From the human T2T-CHM13v2.0 reference genome, Homo sapiens, in the NCBI RefSeq assembly GCF_009914755.1, contig NC_060928.1: 64,000 nt of DNA; one strand, 5' to 3'. Positions 12,244-26,662 of the stretch are shown piece after piece. The notes under the pieces are model-generated. The model searched no databases, was not told the origin of the DNA, and saw only the letters and a program-made list of their open reading frames with translations. Made by a program: the position numbers and the translations under genes. Position 1 is the stretch's first letter. The number at the start of each line of letters is the position of its first letter.

Positions 12244-15200
12244 TCCCACATTAGTTGTGGAATTTATCTTAATCCAACCAGAATTATATATATATCATCA
12301 TTAGATAAGCCCCTTCCACAGGACTATTCTTTGCCTTCTGAAAAAATTATTTTCCAAATTATATTCTTTTGAATGAAGTTCAGCATTCTTCTGAAATTAA
12401 TAATTAGGGGACTAAAATCTATATAGAAAAATTAGAATAATATTATACAATCAGTGTTTTGACTTCATTCTAGCTGAAGTGTTTTTATTCTTAAGGTGAG
12501 AAAAATGATAGTATTATTGTGAAATCAAGGTAAGAAAAAATATATATGATACCCAGCGTTATCCTTCAATCATAGTAGATAACTCAGTAAAAATTGTTCT
12601 CCTTCTATTTCTTATAACTTAAGTCAGAAAAAAATGAAAAGAAAGGTAAGCAGATACTGTAGCTTAGCCACCAAGTAATTGATTAAGTTGATTACCCTAT
12701 TGGGAAAAAATATCATTATGGAGTTGTAAAGGCTTATGAAGAATGTTGGAAAAATTGTTTTTCTGTCATTTAGTTTTTACTATTTATGAGAGAAAGTCTG
12801 GATTAGAAAGGTGGGAAGAAGGAAGTATCAGGCCTTACCTGAATTACTTGTTTATCCAAGGCAACAGTGATAGTAGAAGAACTGGGAGCCTCACTTTAGG
12901 CAGGTAGAAAGTTGCAGAGGAAAGAGTTTCCACAGTGCTATCCTGAGGCACAGTCAGACAAACCCTCAAAAATCAGTTTCAAACAAACACTCTGTTATTA
13001 TTATCATAACTCTAGTAGTGCTACAGCCACTGAGAGAAGAGACTATGTCTTCGGAGAATTTTCTATGACAAGGAGAAATTCAGAAAAATTATACTGAATT
13101 TAGGGAGTATTAGAAGAGTTTAACTTAATGAAAGGACAGTTGCTTCTTTTCATCTTGCTTCAAATGACATTTTAAAATATTTTCCTAATCTATAAACATG
13201 TGACATCAGCATTTTAGCCAAATGGCTATGTTAATATTTTATTGTTTAACTAGGAAAGGCTAAATTCACTTGATAAAGAGAGCATGTTCACTATATTCAC
13301 TTGATAATTGTTCTGATACTGTATTGCCAATTCTGGAGGCAATACCTAGGTGGGATTTCTCCATTACACAAGTTCCATTGATACCAGTCTGTCAATATTA
13401 TTAGCATAAAAGCTCATAATGCGTTTTGAGTAAACAGTTGAAAGGATGAAGGCATAAATTAGGGGCCACTATTCTCCCTTTCTCTACCTTGCTCTCCCTA
13501 ATAATTAAACCTAAATGACTTAGAAATAGAGACATCTAACCCTGATAAATTATCCCCACACATCAATATTTCCTAAAATTTATTTTTAAGATTTGTGTTT
13601 CTGCCAATAAATTTTTAAATATAGATTTGCTGTCTTTTCAAATTATATTTTATTGGGATATCCTTAAATGATGTTAAATTGTTCTTCATTTAATGCCTTT
13701 TACATTAGAGACAGAGATACAGGCATCAACAGCTTGAAATTATCATTGTTTCCAGTAAGATACTGTTGAGATGATGCAGCAGTTGGATTGATAGAAATAT
13801 AAAAAAGTTCCAAAATAATAATGTGCAATCAAAATTATTATTAAACCATGGACTTGAGCCAAATCCAAATAGAGCATTTCTATTCACACAAGTGTCAGCT
13901 GGGTTTCTGGTGCTTGGGGTCCAAGACTTCAGAACTCATATGCACTTCCTGGGGCATTCATGATGCTGTTGGTGATGGACAGGTGGTCTCCTGCCTCTGT
14001 GTATCCATCACTGCCCTTAGATGGCCACTATCTTGCAGGAGAAATGGAGTCTAACTGCCTCAGGTGCTCCATCTGCCCAAAGAGAAGTGGCTTGCTAATA
14101 ACTCTGAGTTTCCTGGGCTTCCTCACCTATATACTTTTTATTGCATACATTGAAAATGAGACTCTATCCTTTTATATAAGTTTGCATGGGGCTGCTAACC
14201 ATACATTGATATGTTGTATCAGAGTAAAAATTTGTGTTTCTAATATTTCTAACATATTCTTGTGAAGGTTTAAAGATACCTTTTCCATTGGGCTTCCAAA
14301 ATTTGTTTCCTGAATTCCCTCTAATAATTATGTTTTCTATGCTTAATTTTTATGTTTTCCCTGTATTGTGTGAATAGCAGTCTTGTTAAAGTGAGAAGTA
14401 GTTTCACTCTCTTGAAATACTAGGTTGATTTTCTATTCTTTGACTGAATCTTTCTCAGTGCTCTAAATTTTTTCCTGCAATTTTCTTTCAAGACAGGTAT
14501 AGTATTTGTTTTATTAAGTGTGAAACAACATGCCTTATTTTGCCAAAAGGCTGTAATATAATAAGAAACCTTTTGGAAAATTGGGTAAGACTATTTTTTA
14601 AATGATAAATTCATTGTATATGTTTGTCAGTCATAAGTGGTTGTTGATGATCCTGCAGTGTTTTGTACAAAACTGGTAAATTTGGTGCCAAGAAGCTTCA
14701 TAGGTAGGTGATTAACTAGTAGTCGTTTTGCTTGAATGAGAACATAATCAACCTTTTAAGTTTCTATTATCATACTGACTATCAAATAAACTTCTGAAAG
14801 AAAAAATGATAGTTGAAGAAAATAGGACTAAATATTTCTCCTGTCTTTTTTTTAAGAGACTGGATTCAGTGCAAAAGCAAACAAATAGCTACTTATTACA
14901 TCATAAAGCTGTTTATTGGAATGCATTAGGGCATGTGGCAAATCCAGACCTTATCGGGATGCCGTAGGGAGAACTCCTTAAAGGATGCTGGCTGCCTGGC
15001 TTTTCCCATTGTATAATAGTTAATTAGGTTTCCTCCAGTTCAGGCATACACACATATTGGTACTGGTAGGGATTTTCTATTTTGATAATTTAAAATAATA
15101 AAAATGGCTTTGTTTCTATAATGAAAACATATACATATGTAGGTTGTTTATATGCAAATATACAATGAATATAAGTTGTAATATTGATTTAAAATTCCTC

Positions 15201-16329
15201 TTAGCGACACAGACTAAGCAGTCACCCTTAGTCTGTGTTGCTAAGGCCTATTTTCTTCTGTGTGCCCCACAGTTAGTGTTGGTATGTCCGCTTCTTGTTC
15301 CCAGGCCATTATTGTTATTTGTGGGTACGTACATATAACCTACATTGATGCTGAAATATTTAAAAGGTCTTACAAAATGTTCGTATGTTAAAACAACTAA
15401 CAATAAGGGGAAAAAATTGGAGTAAAGAAGTCCATAAGATAAGAAAAATATAAAACTAGGATTATGGTTTGACATCACTCTTTCTGGCAGCCAAGATAGA
15501 GTTCAGACAGTTACATGATTTCCAGTGTATATTAAAGTGCTTAGAGACACAATTATTCCTGGAACTGAGAGAAATGTGTTTCCTTTTGTCTTCATAAAGA
15601 ATATACCATGTAAGCCACTGAATCACTTACAGGTTTAAAATCTGGCAAAACTGCCCGGTAGTTCATAAAAATGACAATCTCTTTACAGTATGTTAAAAAT
15701 AAATTTCATGTTCAAGTTCCTCAATGTAGCTAAAGGACTGATACTAATGTTCGGTTTAGTAGGAGCAATTCTGTGCCATGTGATTGCTTATGAGTGCGTG
15801 TTTATGAGTGTGTTTGGGGTAGAAAGAGGTGTTCGGATAGAGCTGGGGTTTTAGGAGATGATTCTGATTTTTAACAGAGATTTCTCTGGAAAAATTAGAA
15901 AAAATTTTAAAAAATTAGAAACTTCATGATATCTAGAGGTCACTAAAATCTCAACCTTTGCTTATACCTATGTTTATATTTCATCTTTAATGTCAGGTGA
16001 TGACATCAAGTGATTTATTTTTCATTTTTCTTTTTTGTACTTTTGGCTTTGTTCTTATATTTCTTTAACACTTTAGTAAGAGTCATCTATGCATGCATTT
16101 TTATATTTATTCTCTCTTGAACACACCTACACAAAAAGTTACATAAATGAGATTAAATATTATGTGTTTTTATCTGGTAGTATTTGTGGTTTTGTTGTTC
16201 TTCTTTCTTTTTTCTTTTTTCATCCCATCAGCATCCCTTCTCTTATTCTTGGCTTCTATCTTGGTCATTTTTTGTCCACAGTAACATTTTCAAATAATAT
16301 TCTGTGTTTTGCAATTCTGAATACTCTGA

Positions 16330-16692
<363 letters not shown>

Positions 16693-16799
16693 GGCATACA
16701 AGTAATTTTTAAAATATTTTATATATATGTAGCTACAACCTCTAGAGCATTACATCATTTCATCTTTCTCATTCCCTATTTGATCTTATGTCAAAAAGC

Positions 16800-17000
16800 A
16801 TCAGGCCAGAGGATAGGCTTTAGGGTCAAGGGACAAGGTTGCAATTTTGATTTTGCCATGTAATAGGGGTTTAGTTTAGTTTGGGCAAGTTATTTAGCAT
16901 TACTAAACTATAATTCATAATATGAGGAAAGCAGTAGGACTTTCTACTTGGTTTTGTTAGAATTAAGTGGTCATCACAGTGTCTGACGTATAGTAAACAC
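16800..17000 (+). mobile_element. MIR
   Basis: TTGGGCAAGTTATTTA core and GTGTCTGACGTATAGTAAACACT 3' part. Confidence 0.6.
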
Positions 17001-17289
17001 TATATATTAATCCAATTACAATTTTCCAAAACTAGGTTCAAAAAGTGAATTAATTAAAAAATACATAATTGTGTGGCAACTAAGATAAACTACTAGTGGG
17101 CTTTTTAACACTGATAAAGATCACTTGGCTTTCCAGATGCTTTAAATAGGTTAAAACTGAGAAGCATGTAAATCCAAGTATATACTTATTTTGTTAGTGT
17201 GACAAACTCATAGATTTTGTATATCCTCTCTTCAACATACCCTGCCTCAAGATGGCCTTTGTAAATTTGTTTATGTGTGTGCACGTGTT

Positions 17290-17500
17290 TTCTTTTTTCT
17301 TTTTTCTTTTTTAATTGACAAAAATTGTATATATTTATTATGTAAACATGATGTTTTGAAATATATATATGTCATGGAATGGCTGCATCAAATTAATTAG
17401 CATATGCATTACCACACATAGTTGTCATTTTTGTGATGAGAACACTTCAAATCTACTTTATTGGCATTTTTCAAGAATACAATATATTGTTATTAATTAT
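17290..17500 (-). mobile_element. L1MA 3' end fragment
   Basis: TTTTAATTGACAAAAATTGTATATATTTAT...TTTTGTGATGAGAACACTT...TTTTCAAGAATACAATA. Confidence 0.85.
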
Positions 17501-20070
17501 TATGTAAAGTTTTATTGTTACTCATAAGATGGTTGAAATGGGGCCAAGAGAGCACCATGTGATATGATGGTGATAAGTCACTTATTCCACAAGATGCTGC
17601 TCAGAAATTGTTTTTGCTCTTGGTGATTAAGGACTTGTGATTTTACATACTCAGAGGACAAATTTGAATGAAACTTATGTTGTACAATTCATCTGGTGTT
17701 TGCTGTAGTAAAAATTTGTAGAGGAATAGCTGCAGTCCTTCTCCCCATATCTTCTGGCATAAATATAAGGGGCTGGGGTACTGTCTTCCCCATAGTCCTC
17801 AGCCCTGTGTCTTGCACATTATCTATGCTCTACTGAGGAGGTACTATGTGCTCAGCATGCTGCTTGACACTGTGGACCATTTAAATACCAGGAGAAATTT
17901 AGAGGTTTGGTAATAGAAAAAGATACAGGCTATGAACAGAACTAAGAAGTAAGGGGTCACAGAAGGTAAAGTCTTCCTTCTGTTATTGAGGGAAAACATA
18001 GCTATTCTTTTAGGCCCTTTTCTTTCCCAGGTAGAAACTCTGAAGTTACAACAAAGCTGGGGACAATTTTTGAACTCATATAAATTTGTGCCAGCAACTA
18101 AATGAGTTTTGCTGTTCAAACAAAAAATGCCAGTCACTCCATTCTTGCCACCAAACTGTACATAGTGAGAGGTTTTAAAGACTTAAGTTATAAATTTTAA
18201 AAATAGTGGTTTTTATCTTAAAATTATGTTGGCCTTTCTGAGATTTAAAACTGCCACATTGTTAAGAAAGAGACCATTACTGAAACATAAAGTTTGGCTT
18301 GCAAGTTCACAAGTCCTTTCTCTGCTTCCTTTCCTCCTTAATATAGGTCCCCTGAGCTACATTGGAAGGTGTAATCTTCTCTCTTAGAACTGTATAAATA
18401 CAGTAAGCCCCAGTAAAAACAGACGGTTGGTGTGATCATTTTTAACAGCCCCGGAGATGTCCATATGCTATTCAGTAATGTGGCATCTGCATAGCCCTTT
18501 AGCTGTGGAGTGTACTTTAAACATAAGCAATTTTTAAGCAACAAGGTGTCAAACTATTCATCCATGTGAAGCAAATCAGTCCTGCTGCACCCCTGAGTAC
18601 AATCAGTGAAAACCCTTAGAGTGCTCTTAACCACCCATCCTCCCCAGGTGCACGGCATGTTCTTTTAATACAGTTACATTATTGTGCCTCCAAGTCAGAA
18701 AAAAAATTGTGAGGTAAAATATTCATTCAATTAACACTGGAGTCACTAAGTCACTACTGTGCTGGTGTTCTCCACCAGTCACAGGAGCATTTATGTGGCT
18801 GGACAGCTATCTACATCCGCTCCCATACAGTTATACGCTGCTGAGTCTAATCGAGGCACATTCAATACTAATAAGTAAAAATAAACTTTATGGAATAAGA
18901 GAAATTTAACGAAGTTAATTATAAAAATGTTCAAGACAAAAATAAGTGAATTAAAGGCAAAATAAGTGAATTCTTTAGTCTTGAATATCTAACTGAAACA
19001 AAGTGTTACAGTGTTGTTCTAAGACCTCTCTTTTTTAATCCTCCTCCATCCTTAGACCTTTAACATCAAGCAGACTAAAAAGAGATCTAATAGGTAGTCA
19101 TATATCCCGAAAGACACATTATTGAAAAAAAAAAATGCCTACAAAGTAGTTGTTGCCAAAATAATTTGCGGGAAATCAACCCAATAAGCAACACTACAAA
19201 AATAAGATAAAAAATGGCTAGCCTCTCAAGGTGTTTTTGGCTGTGTTATTAAATGTTCTTTTATTTGTTCATATTGGCTTATGGATCCACCCAATCATAA
19301 GCCAAAGCTCACTCAGTCATCCATTCATTCATGTACTATTTATTGCGTGCCTACTATGTGCCAGGCACTGTACTAGACCCCAAATGATATGGCAGTGAAC
19401 AAAAAATGCTTGGTATTAAGGAACTTATATTCTAGTGGTAGGAGACAGAAACTAAGTGAACACATAACATATCATGTACTGATCACAGACGGCGATTATG
19501 CTGTGGGGAGAAGTAAAGCAGGGACAATGGATAGTGAATAGATGAAGGGAAAGTCATTATAATTTTGACTAGAATTAACATGGATGACATTGTTGATGAG
19601 GTGATACTGGAGCATATGACTGAGATAAAAGTAAAGGAACAAGCTATGTGGGACTAGGACATGGGTGAAGCGAGCAGAGGAGGGATCAATAAATTCCAAA
19701 TCCTTGCATTTTCCTTGTTTGCTCCACAAAAAACGAAAAGATGAGTGTGGTTGTGTCTCAGGGAGGCAGAAAAAGAGTGGCAGGAGTTGAAATCAGCAGT
19801 GGAGGTGATCCATATCAGGCTAGTCATTGAAGGAACTTTGGCTTTTACTCTAAATCAAGAAGCTTCCAGATGGTTTGGAGCAGAAGAATGTTGTAATTTT
19901 ATTTATGTTTTACAAGGATTGCTAACTAGCCTATGGAGAATAAATGATGCATTTGTATGTGTGTATGTGAGAGAGAGAGAGAGTGTGTGTGTGTACACAC
20001 ACATGGCAGCAAGGACAGAAGAAAAAACATCTAGGATATTAATGCAATAAGTAAAATATTATGGCACTTT

Positions 20071-20377
<307 letters not shown>

Positions 20378-20916
20378 TCGTACTTTGGAACAGGGTAGGA
20401 GAAAGTGTCCCTGTTTGTGATAACTTTCAAAAATAGAGTTCCTTTATTTGTTAATTTATCGGATAGGGTGTGAAATAAAGGGAGAAGTAAAGTATGGTTT
20501 CAAGATCCTGGCCTGAGCAACAGGAAGGACAGGTGTCCTTTACTAAGAAAGGGAAGACTGAAGAAGATGAGAAATCCAGATTTAGACAGAAATCTAAAGA
20601 TATTAAATCTTATGTTAAAATGCCTAGTAAAAGCCTAAGGTGGAGATGCAGGCAACTGGGTGAATAAAATGAAAGTTTAGGGAAGGGATCCAGGCTGGAG
20701 ATTAAAAATAAATTCAAAGGGATCAGCACATGGGGAAGATTTAAAATAAATCATGGAGTGAGTGAAATCGAGAAAAACGAGGTCCAAATGTGGAGTCCTG
20801 GATTTTCCAACATTAAGAGGTAAGAAATATGAAGATAAAAGAGTACAGGAGACTGAAAAGAAACAGCTGTTCAAATAGGAGTAAAGCCAGGAAAGTGTGA
20901 TATCCTCAATGCCAAA

Positions 20917-21367
20917 TGTATCAATCGGGGTTCAACCAGAGAAACAGAAGTAGTAGTAAATGTATATTAAGATATTTATGCAGAGAATTGGCTTATCAGA
21001 TTAGGCAAATCTGAAATCTGCAGGGCAGGCTGTCAAGAATGGCAGGCTGGAATTTTTGGGGATGAGTGAAGGATACAGTCCACAAGTGGAATTATATCTC
21101 CTCTTCCTCCTCCTCCTCCTCCTCTCCCCGCTCCTCCTCCTCCTCCTCTTCATCCTTCTCATTTTTCTTCTTCAGACATTCTCAGTTTTGATATTAAGGC
21201 TGTTCAACTGATTGAATCAGACCCATCCAGATGATCTTGGATAAAGTCTCTCTTTTAATGTCAATTATTTATAGGCTTTAATGACATTTTCACAAAAACA
21301 CTGAGATTGGCATTTTATTGGATAACTGGGACTATATCCTAGTTGATACATAAAACTGACCATCACA
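20917..21367 (-). mobile_element. ERVL solo LTR (MLT2D-like) with internal (CCT)n
   Basis: TGTATCAATCGGGGTTCAACCAGAGAAACAGAA...CATAAAACTGACCATCACA; flanks CCAAA/CCAAC. Confidence 0.85.
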
Positions 21368-21492
21368 CCAACTAAAGGATAAATGGAGGGAATGATCAAC
21401 CACGTCAGATAGCATAGCCTTGAGTATGTTGGATTTAGCTGCTAATTCATTTGTGAATTTGACTACAGCAGATTTTTATTTTGGAATAGAGC

Positions 21493-21959
21493 TGTATTTG
21501 TTTCCTATGGCTGTCCTAATAAATTACCACAAAAATAGGTAGCTTGAAATAGCAGAAATGTATGCTTTCACAGTTCTGGAGGCCAGAAGTTTAATACTGG
21601 GGTTTCACTAGGTTGAGATAATGGTGTTGGCAGGCCATAGTCCGTCCAGGGCCTCTAACCTGCCTCTTCCAGTTTATTGTGGCTGCCATGCATTTGTTGG
21701 TGGCCACTCAAATTCAATCTGTACCTTTATTTTCACATTGCTCCTCTTTTCTTGTGTATATCAAATCTCATCTACCGCCCTCTAATAAGGAAATGTGATT
21801 GGATTTACGGATCCCCCCCTCCCACCCCACAGATAATCCAAAATAATCTCCCATGTCAAGATCCTTAATTTAATCCCATCTGTAGAGACCCATTTTCCTT
21901 GAAAGATAACTTATGGTTCCACATGGTATCTCTAGGTGGCTATCTTTCAGCCTACTACA
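21493..21959 (-). mobile_element. MaLR solo LTR (MLT1C/D-like)
   Basis: TGTATTTGTTTCCTATGGCTGT...CACAGTTCTGGAGGCCAGAAGT...CAGCCTACTACA. Confidence 0.85.
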
Positions 21960-23039
21960 AGAAGCAAAGCCTAACTGAAGTGGATCCAGGAAAGGTACCT
22001 ATTTCAGAATGTTTCTGTAAAGGTGAGCAAAGAAAGAGAGCAGCAGCTGAGGCAAGGGTGGGAACTGTATCTCCCAGTCAAACTCACAGAACTTCCTTCT
22101 TTTACATGCAAACATCCAACAAACAAACATATATGATTACAGTTTCATATATTTCACTCTCTGGCCATGTATATCTATTCATTTCTGTTACATGTTTAAC
22201 CAAACCACTTATGGTAGGTTAATTTGATTATTTTGCATTGAAAAAGAAACTTGAATGAATCTGACCAGCAAGAGATAGTTTCCTGAGTCTAAATACTTTT
22301 TGACAATTTTGTTATTTTGTTTTTACCTTTGTCTACAAGGGTAAGTCGTTGTTCTCAAAAATCACAGTGAATAAATTTTCAAAGCATTGCATACATTTGT
22401 CCAGTTTGACTTACAAGTCAAATCTCTTATATCTGAATGTGATTCCCCCTATATTGTATTCCAAAACTTTGAATTACTTTACTATTACATTCTTTAAAAA
22501 CATATATTGGTATTGTCAATTAAAAAACCAATTCCCATGTGCTTGTCTCTTTATTTGCTTTCCAAATCATTTAAGCCCTGGTCATATCTATGGCATACAT
22601 TATAAAAAGATCAGAGGGAAAAGAGAGATGATAGAAAAAAGTCTTACTTTTTTGTCCTGTAATCCATGACAAGGTCAAGGAAACTTATTCTGAATTCCCA
22701 TTTCTATTACGCATGGGCTGTCTGACATAGTAGGCATCAAGAGCAGTACGTGATACATGTGTAGGTGCTCAATAAATATTGATGAATGAATAAGTAAATG
22801 AACAATAAAATTACCGATAAGACCTTTTATGTTATGTTTATTATTCTATCGCCATTAAAGGCATTTATAAGCATCATAATTTTTAACTGGCATATATATA
22901 TGAAAATGTATCCTTTTATATGAAAAAAGAGTAATTACTCATAGGATTGATATAGTGTAGCAGCTTAAAAGAGAATATTTCTTTTGAGGAAAGCATATGG
23001 TCAAAGATCTTGTCTGACAGCATTTGGCTGCACAGTGAA

Positions 23040-23240
23040 ATTCGGGCTCTGCAATGAGACATGCTCAATGTAGTGATCCCTAATCTGGGCTTTTTTAGAT
23101 TTATAATCTTGAAGTAATTATTTTATCTATCTACTCATCTGGAAAACTGGGCTATCTATTCCATATGATTTTGTTAATTAATAATGGTATTGCATATAAA
23201 GGGCCTAATGTTGTGCCAGCTACATAGTATTGGCTAATAT
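23040..23240 (+). mobile_element. MIR
   Basis: CTCATCTGGAAAACTGGG core; GTGCCAGCTACATAGTA 3' part. Confidence 0.5.
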
Positions 23241-23459
23241 CATGATCATGATCACAGGCAAATATCTTTTCTTCAGGTTTGATAGTACAACTTGTCTTTT
23301 TAACTTTTTATACATAAATATTATTCTCTTTCACTTGACCAATTTTCTGTACAAAATTTATTTAAGAACCCCTTAAAATTCACTTAGGAAATCAGATGGA
23401 GCATACATAGGAAGTATATAACACAATATTATCAGATTCTGTTCACTTTCTTTTGCTTT

Positions 23460-24420
23460 TTTTCTATACTGTACCATGTGCAGATAATCAATTGTTATTT
23501 AAGTCCTAGACTTTGGCTCTGGAATCCAGATCCCCTTATCTAATTACCTTCTTGGGTTTACCACATGGATACTTTAAAAGCAGTATGTTTAATAATGCTT
23601 TTAGGATATTTCCACCCCATCTTTGCCCAAATATGGTCCTTGTTAGTCTTCCCTGTTCAGCAAACACCATCATCATCCATCTAACTGGGCAAACCATGAA
23701 TCTAGCAGTTGTTCTTGATGTCTCCTTCTTCCTCAGTCTCTGTCTTAGTTAGTTCAAGCTATTATAACAAAGTGCCATAGGCTGAATGGCTTATAAACAA
23801 CAGAAATTTATTTCTCACAGTTCTGAAGGCTGAAGTCTAAGATCAGGAGGCCAGTGTGGTCAGGTTCTGGTGAGGGTCCACTTTCAGGTTACAGACCGCC
23901 AACTCCTGGCTGTTCCCTCAAATGCCACAAAGAGCACTAGCAAGCTCTCTATGGTCCCTTTTAAAAGAGGCTAATTTCATTCATGAGGGCTTCACCTAAA
24001 TCACCTTGACCTAATTTACCTCCCAAAGACCCTTTTAGCACAATCACATTGGTGGGTAGGATTTCAGCATATGAATTTTGGGTGGATACAAACATTCATT
24101 ACATAACACCCTCCATGTCCAACTTCTCACAAAGATATTCTCTCTAAATAAGCCATCCTCAGAATTTACTCCAACCCTTCTTCAAATTTCAGCTTAATCA
24201 CCATTTCTTGAGGAAGCCTCCCCTTACTGTTCCTCCTCCCTGTCTCCAGTGCAGATCTTCCTGACATATCTTCTTAATTCCATGTACCTTTGCTTTGCAG
24301 CAATTACAGAGGTAACTTTCACATTAACTTTTGAAATGATTTGATTTATGTTTATCTAAGATTCTTTGAAGATACATGGCATCTGCTTTTGCTCATCATT
24401 TTATCTTCAGAAGCTAGGGT
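23460..24420 (+). mobile_element. L2 interrupted by MLT1A
   Basis: Pyrimidine-rich sense L2-like sequence on both sides of the LTR. Confidence 0.55.
23741..24108 (-). mobile_element. MaLR solo LTR (MLT1A0-like)
   Basis: TGTCTTAGT...GGCTTATAAACAACAGAAATTTATTTCTCACAGTTCTG...AAACATTCATTACATAACA. Confidence 0.9.
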
Positions 24421-25013
24421 TTTTCAAAATGTCAGTTGGGACTCATTAGTGAGTAATGAAATGAGATTAATGGGTAATATGCAGTATTTTTTCTTAATGA
24501 AATAGGCTAAAATAAAATAAACTTTTGTCAAAGAGAAAAAATGTAGTTATGATAGAAAAATAAAGGCAGCCAATAAAGAATTTGTTTTCAAACAAGTCAC
24601 TGCTATAAGGAATTGGAATGTAATCCTACAGGGAACTCTGGAAGGCAGCATAGAATTCATTTAGGTTCTGTACCTGACAACTTTCAATCAGTCGTGGGCT
24701 ATTCCCAGAACCTTTAATTCTCAGGCACTCGTAGCCCACTATGCATTCAGGTAGTTCAGGCCCTGAGGAAAATAGATACAGATACTATTTGTATCTACAT
24801 ATAAATGCAGTAGAAAGGCAAGGCCTGAGGAAGTTACAGTAAGGGCAAGAAGTAGGGAGGAGACTTAACCACAAACTGGCTGTTTTAGGTTTCACTTTAT
24901 GAATTCAATTTAAATGAGTATGTAAGCGCATTTTGCTGTTTGAAACGGGGAAAAAAAAGTCTTAGTTGAGTGATCTCCGTTTAATTATCTTTCTCTGATA
25001 AGAATTGAATCTG

Positions 25014-25238
25014 AACAATGAGAACACATGGACACAGGAAGGGGAACATCACACACTGGGGCCTGTTGTGGGGTGGGGGGAGGGGGGAGGGATAGCATTA
25101 AGAGATATACCTAATGTTAAATGATGAGTTGATGGGTGCGGCACACCAACATGGCACATGTATACATATGTAACAAACCTGTACGTTGTCCACATGTACC
25201 CTAGAACTTAAAGTATAATAAAAATATATATATAAAAA
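25014..25238 (+). mobile_element. L1PA4-6-like 3' end, heavily 5'-truncated
   Basis: AACAATGAGAACACATGGACACAGGAAGGGG...CTAGAACTTAAAGTATAATAAA; TSD AAGAATTGAATCTG/AAGGATTAAATCTG at 25000-25013 and 25239-25252; G-rich tract 25070-25091. Confidence 0.95.
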
Positions 25239-25429
25239 AAGGATTAAATCTGGATTTCTTTAACCTTCTCCTCTTGCAATCTGTATTTTTAAATCATTGA
25301 ATTATTTTCAAGGTATTTAATTATTTTATTCCTTTGTATTGTGCCTTCTGTAAGAGTCCCAGATATTTAAGGCATAAGAATACAAGTATGCTTCATGCAT
25401 ACACATAATATTAGAAGATAACTGCAAAT

Positions 25430-25860
25430 TTCCCTTGTTATCTACAGCAGATTGTTTCTAGGACCTCTGCAAATACCCAAATCTGCAGATGCCCAAGTCC
25501 CTTATTTAAGATGAAGTAGTATTTGCATATAACCTACATGCATTCTCGTGTACACTTTAAATCATCTCTAAATTATGTAAATAGTTGCTATACAGTATTT
25601 GTTCTTTATTTGTATTATATTTCTCTTTCTCTTCCTTTTGTGTGTGTGTGATGGGGTCTCCTTATGTTGCCCAGACTGGTCTCAAACTCCTGGGTTAAGT
25701 GATCATCTCTCAGCCTCCTGAGTTTGCTGGGATTACAGGCAGGTACTCCCATGCCTGGCATATTTTTCATTGTTGTGTTGCACATATATATTTGAAATCT
25801 TTTTGATCCATAGTTATTGAATCTGCAGATATGGAACCTGTGAATATATTAGGGCTGACC
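25430..25860. mobile_element. MER2 (TcMar-Tigger) split by an Alu monomer
   Basis: CCAAATCTGCAGATGCCCAAGTCCCTTAT...GTAGTATTTGCATATAACCTAC, resuming as TTGAATCTGCAGATATGGAACC. Confidence 0.8.
25622..25759 (-). mobile_element. FLAM or AluJ left monomer
   Basis: GATGGGGTCTCCTTATGTTGCCCAGACTGGTCTCAAACTCCTGGG...GGATTACAGGC. Confidence 0.85.
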
Positions 25861-25954
25861 CCATCAAGGGTCAAGATATAATAAAATTAATAATGTTCAC
25901 TATTTCTTCAAGGACATTCTTAAGTGAACTTAGCTTTTATTTTCTTTCATACTA

Positions 25955-26170
25955 GCAGTGTTAAGTAGTGAAGAATGCAGTGTCCACCAGTAAAGTCTGT
26001 GCCCAGCCTTGATCTGTGTTGAGGTACAGCACTTTTACCCATGTCAGCTTTTGCTCCATCAGTACAAATATCAACATAGTGAAGGCAAATATATCTTACT
26101 ATTATTAGGAAAAATATTTGGCCTTGAAGAACTCCAAAAAGTCTTGGGGTGACACTTTGTGGACTATTGG
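25955..26170. mobile_element. hAT-Charlie fragment (Charlie1-like end)
   Basis: CCATCAGTACAAATATCAACATAGTGAAGGCAAATA...CTTACTATTATTAGGAAAATA. Confidence 0.6.
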
Positions 26171-26180
26171 CCCATAATAC

Positions 26181-26662
26181 TGTAGCAGGACGAGCCGCAG
26201 ACAAAACCTCTCAGACACCGAGTTGTAGACGGTAGGGCTTTATTCAGCTGGGAGCATTGGCAAGCTACTGCCTTAAAATCCGAGCTCCCCAAATGCACAA
26301 TTTGTGCCCCTTTTAAGGGCTCACAACACTAAAGATTTCACATGAAAGTGTTGTGATTGATTTGAGCAAGCAGGCAGTACGTGACAGGGGCTGCATGCAC
26401 CGGTGGTCAGAGAGAAACAGAACAGGGCAGGGAGTTTCACAGTGTTCTTCTACACAATGTCTGGAATCTATGAATAACATCAGTTTCTAAGTTATGAGTT
26501 GATTTTTAACTACTGGGTTTAGGCCAGGCAGGCCCAGGCCTGTTTTCGGGCCTGACACCGGGCTGCCTGTCTTTGGTTTTACTGCCTTGTTGTTTTTTCT
26601 TAAAACAGGTACTGAGTATAAAACAATATAAAACAATATGAGAAGGTCTCTCTCTTCCCTCA
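26181..26662 (-). mobile_element. ERV1 solo LTR (LTR15/LTR2-like), 482 bp
   Basis: TG...CA ends; minus strand starts TGAGGGAAGAGAGAGACC-TCTCATATTGTTTTATATTGTTTTATACTCAG; 4-bp TSD ATAC at 26177-26180 and 26663-26666; minus-strand AATAAA near 26240. Confidence 0.88.
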
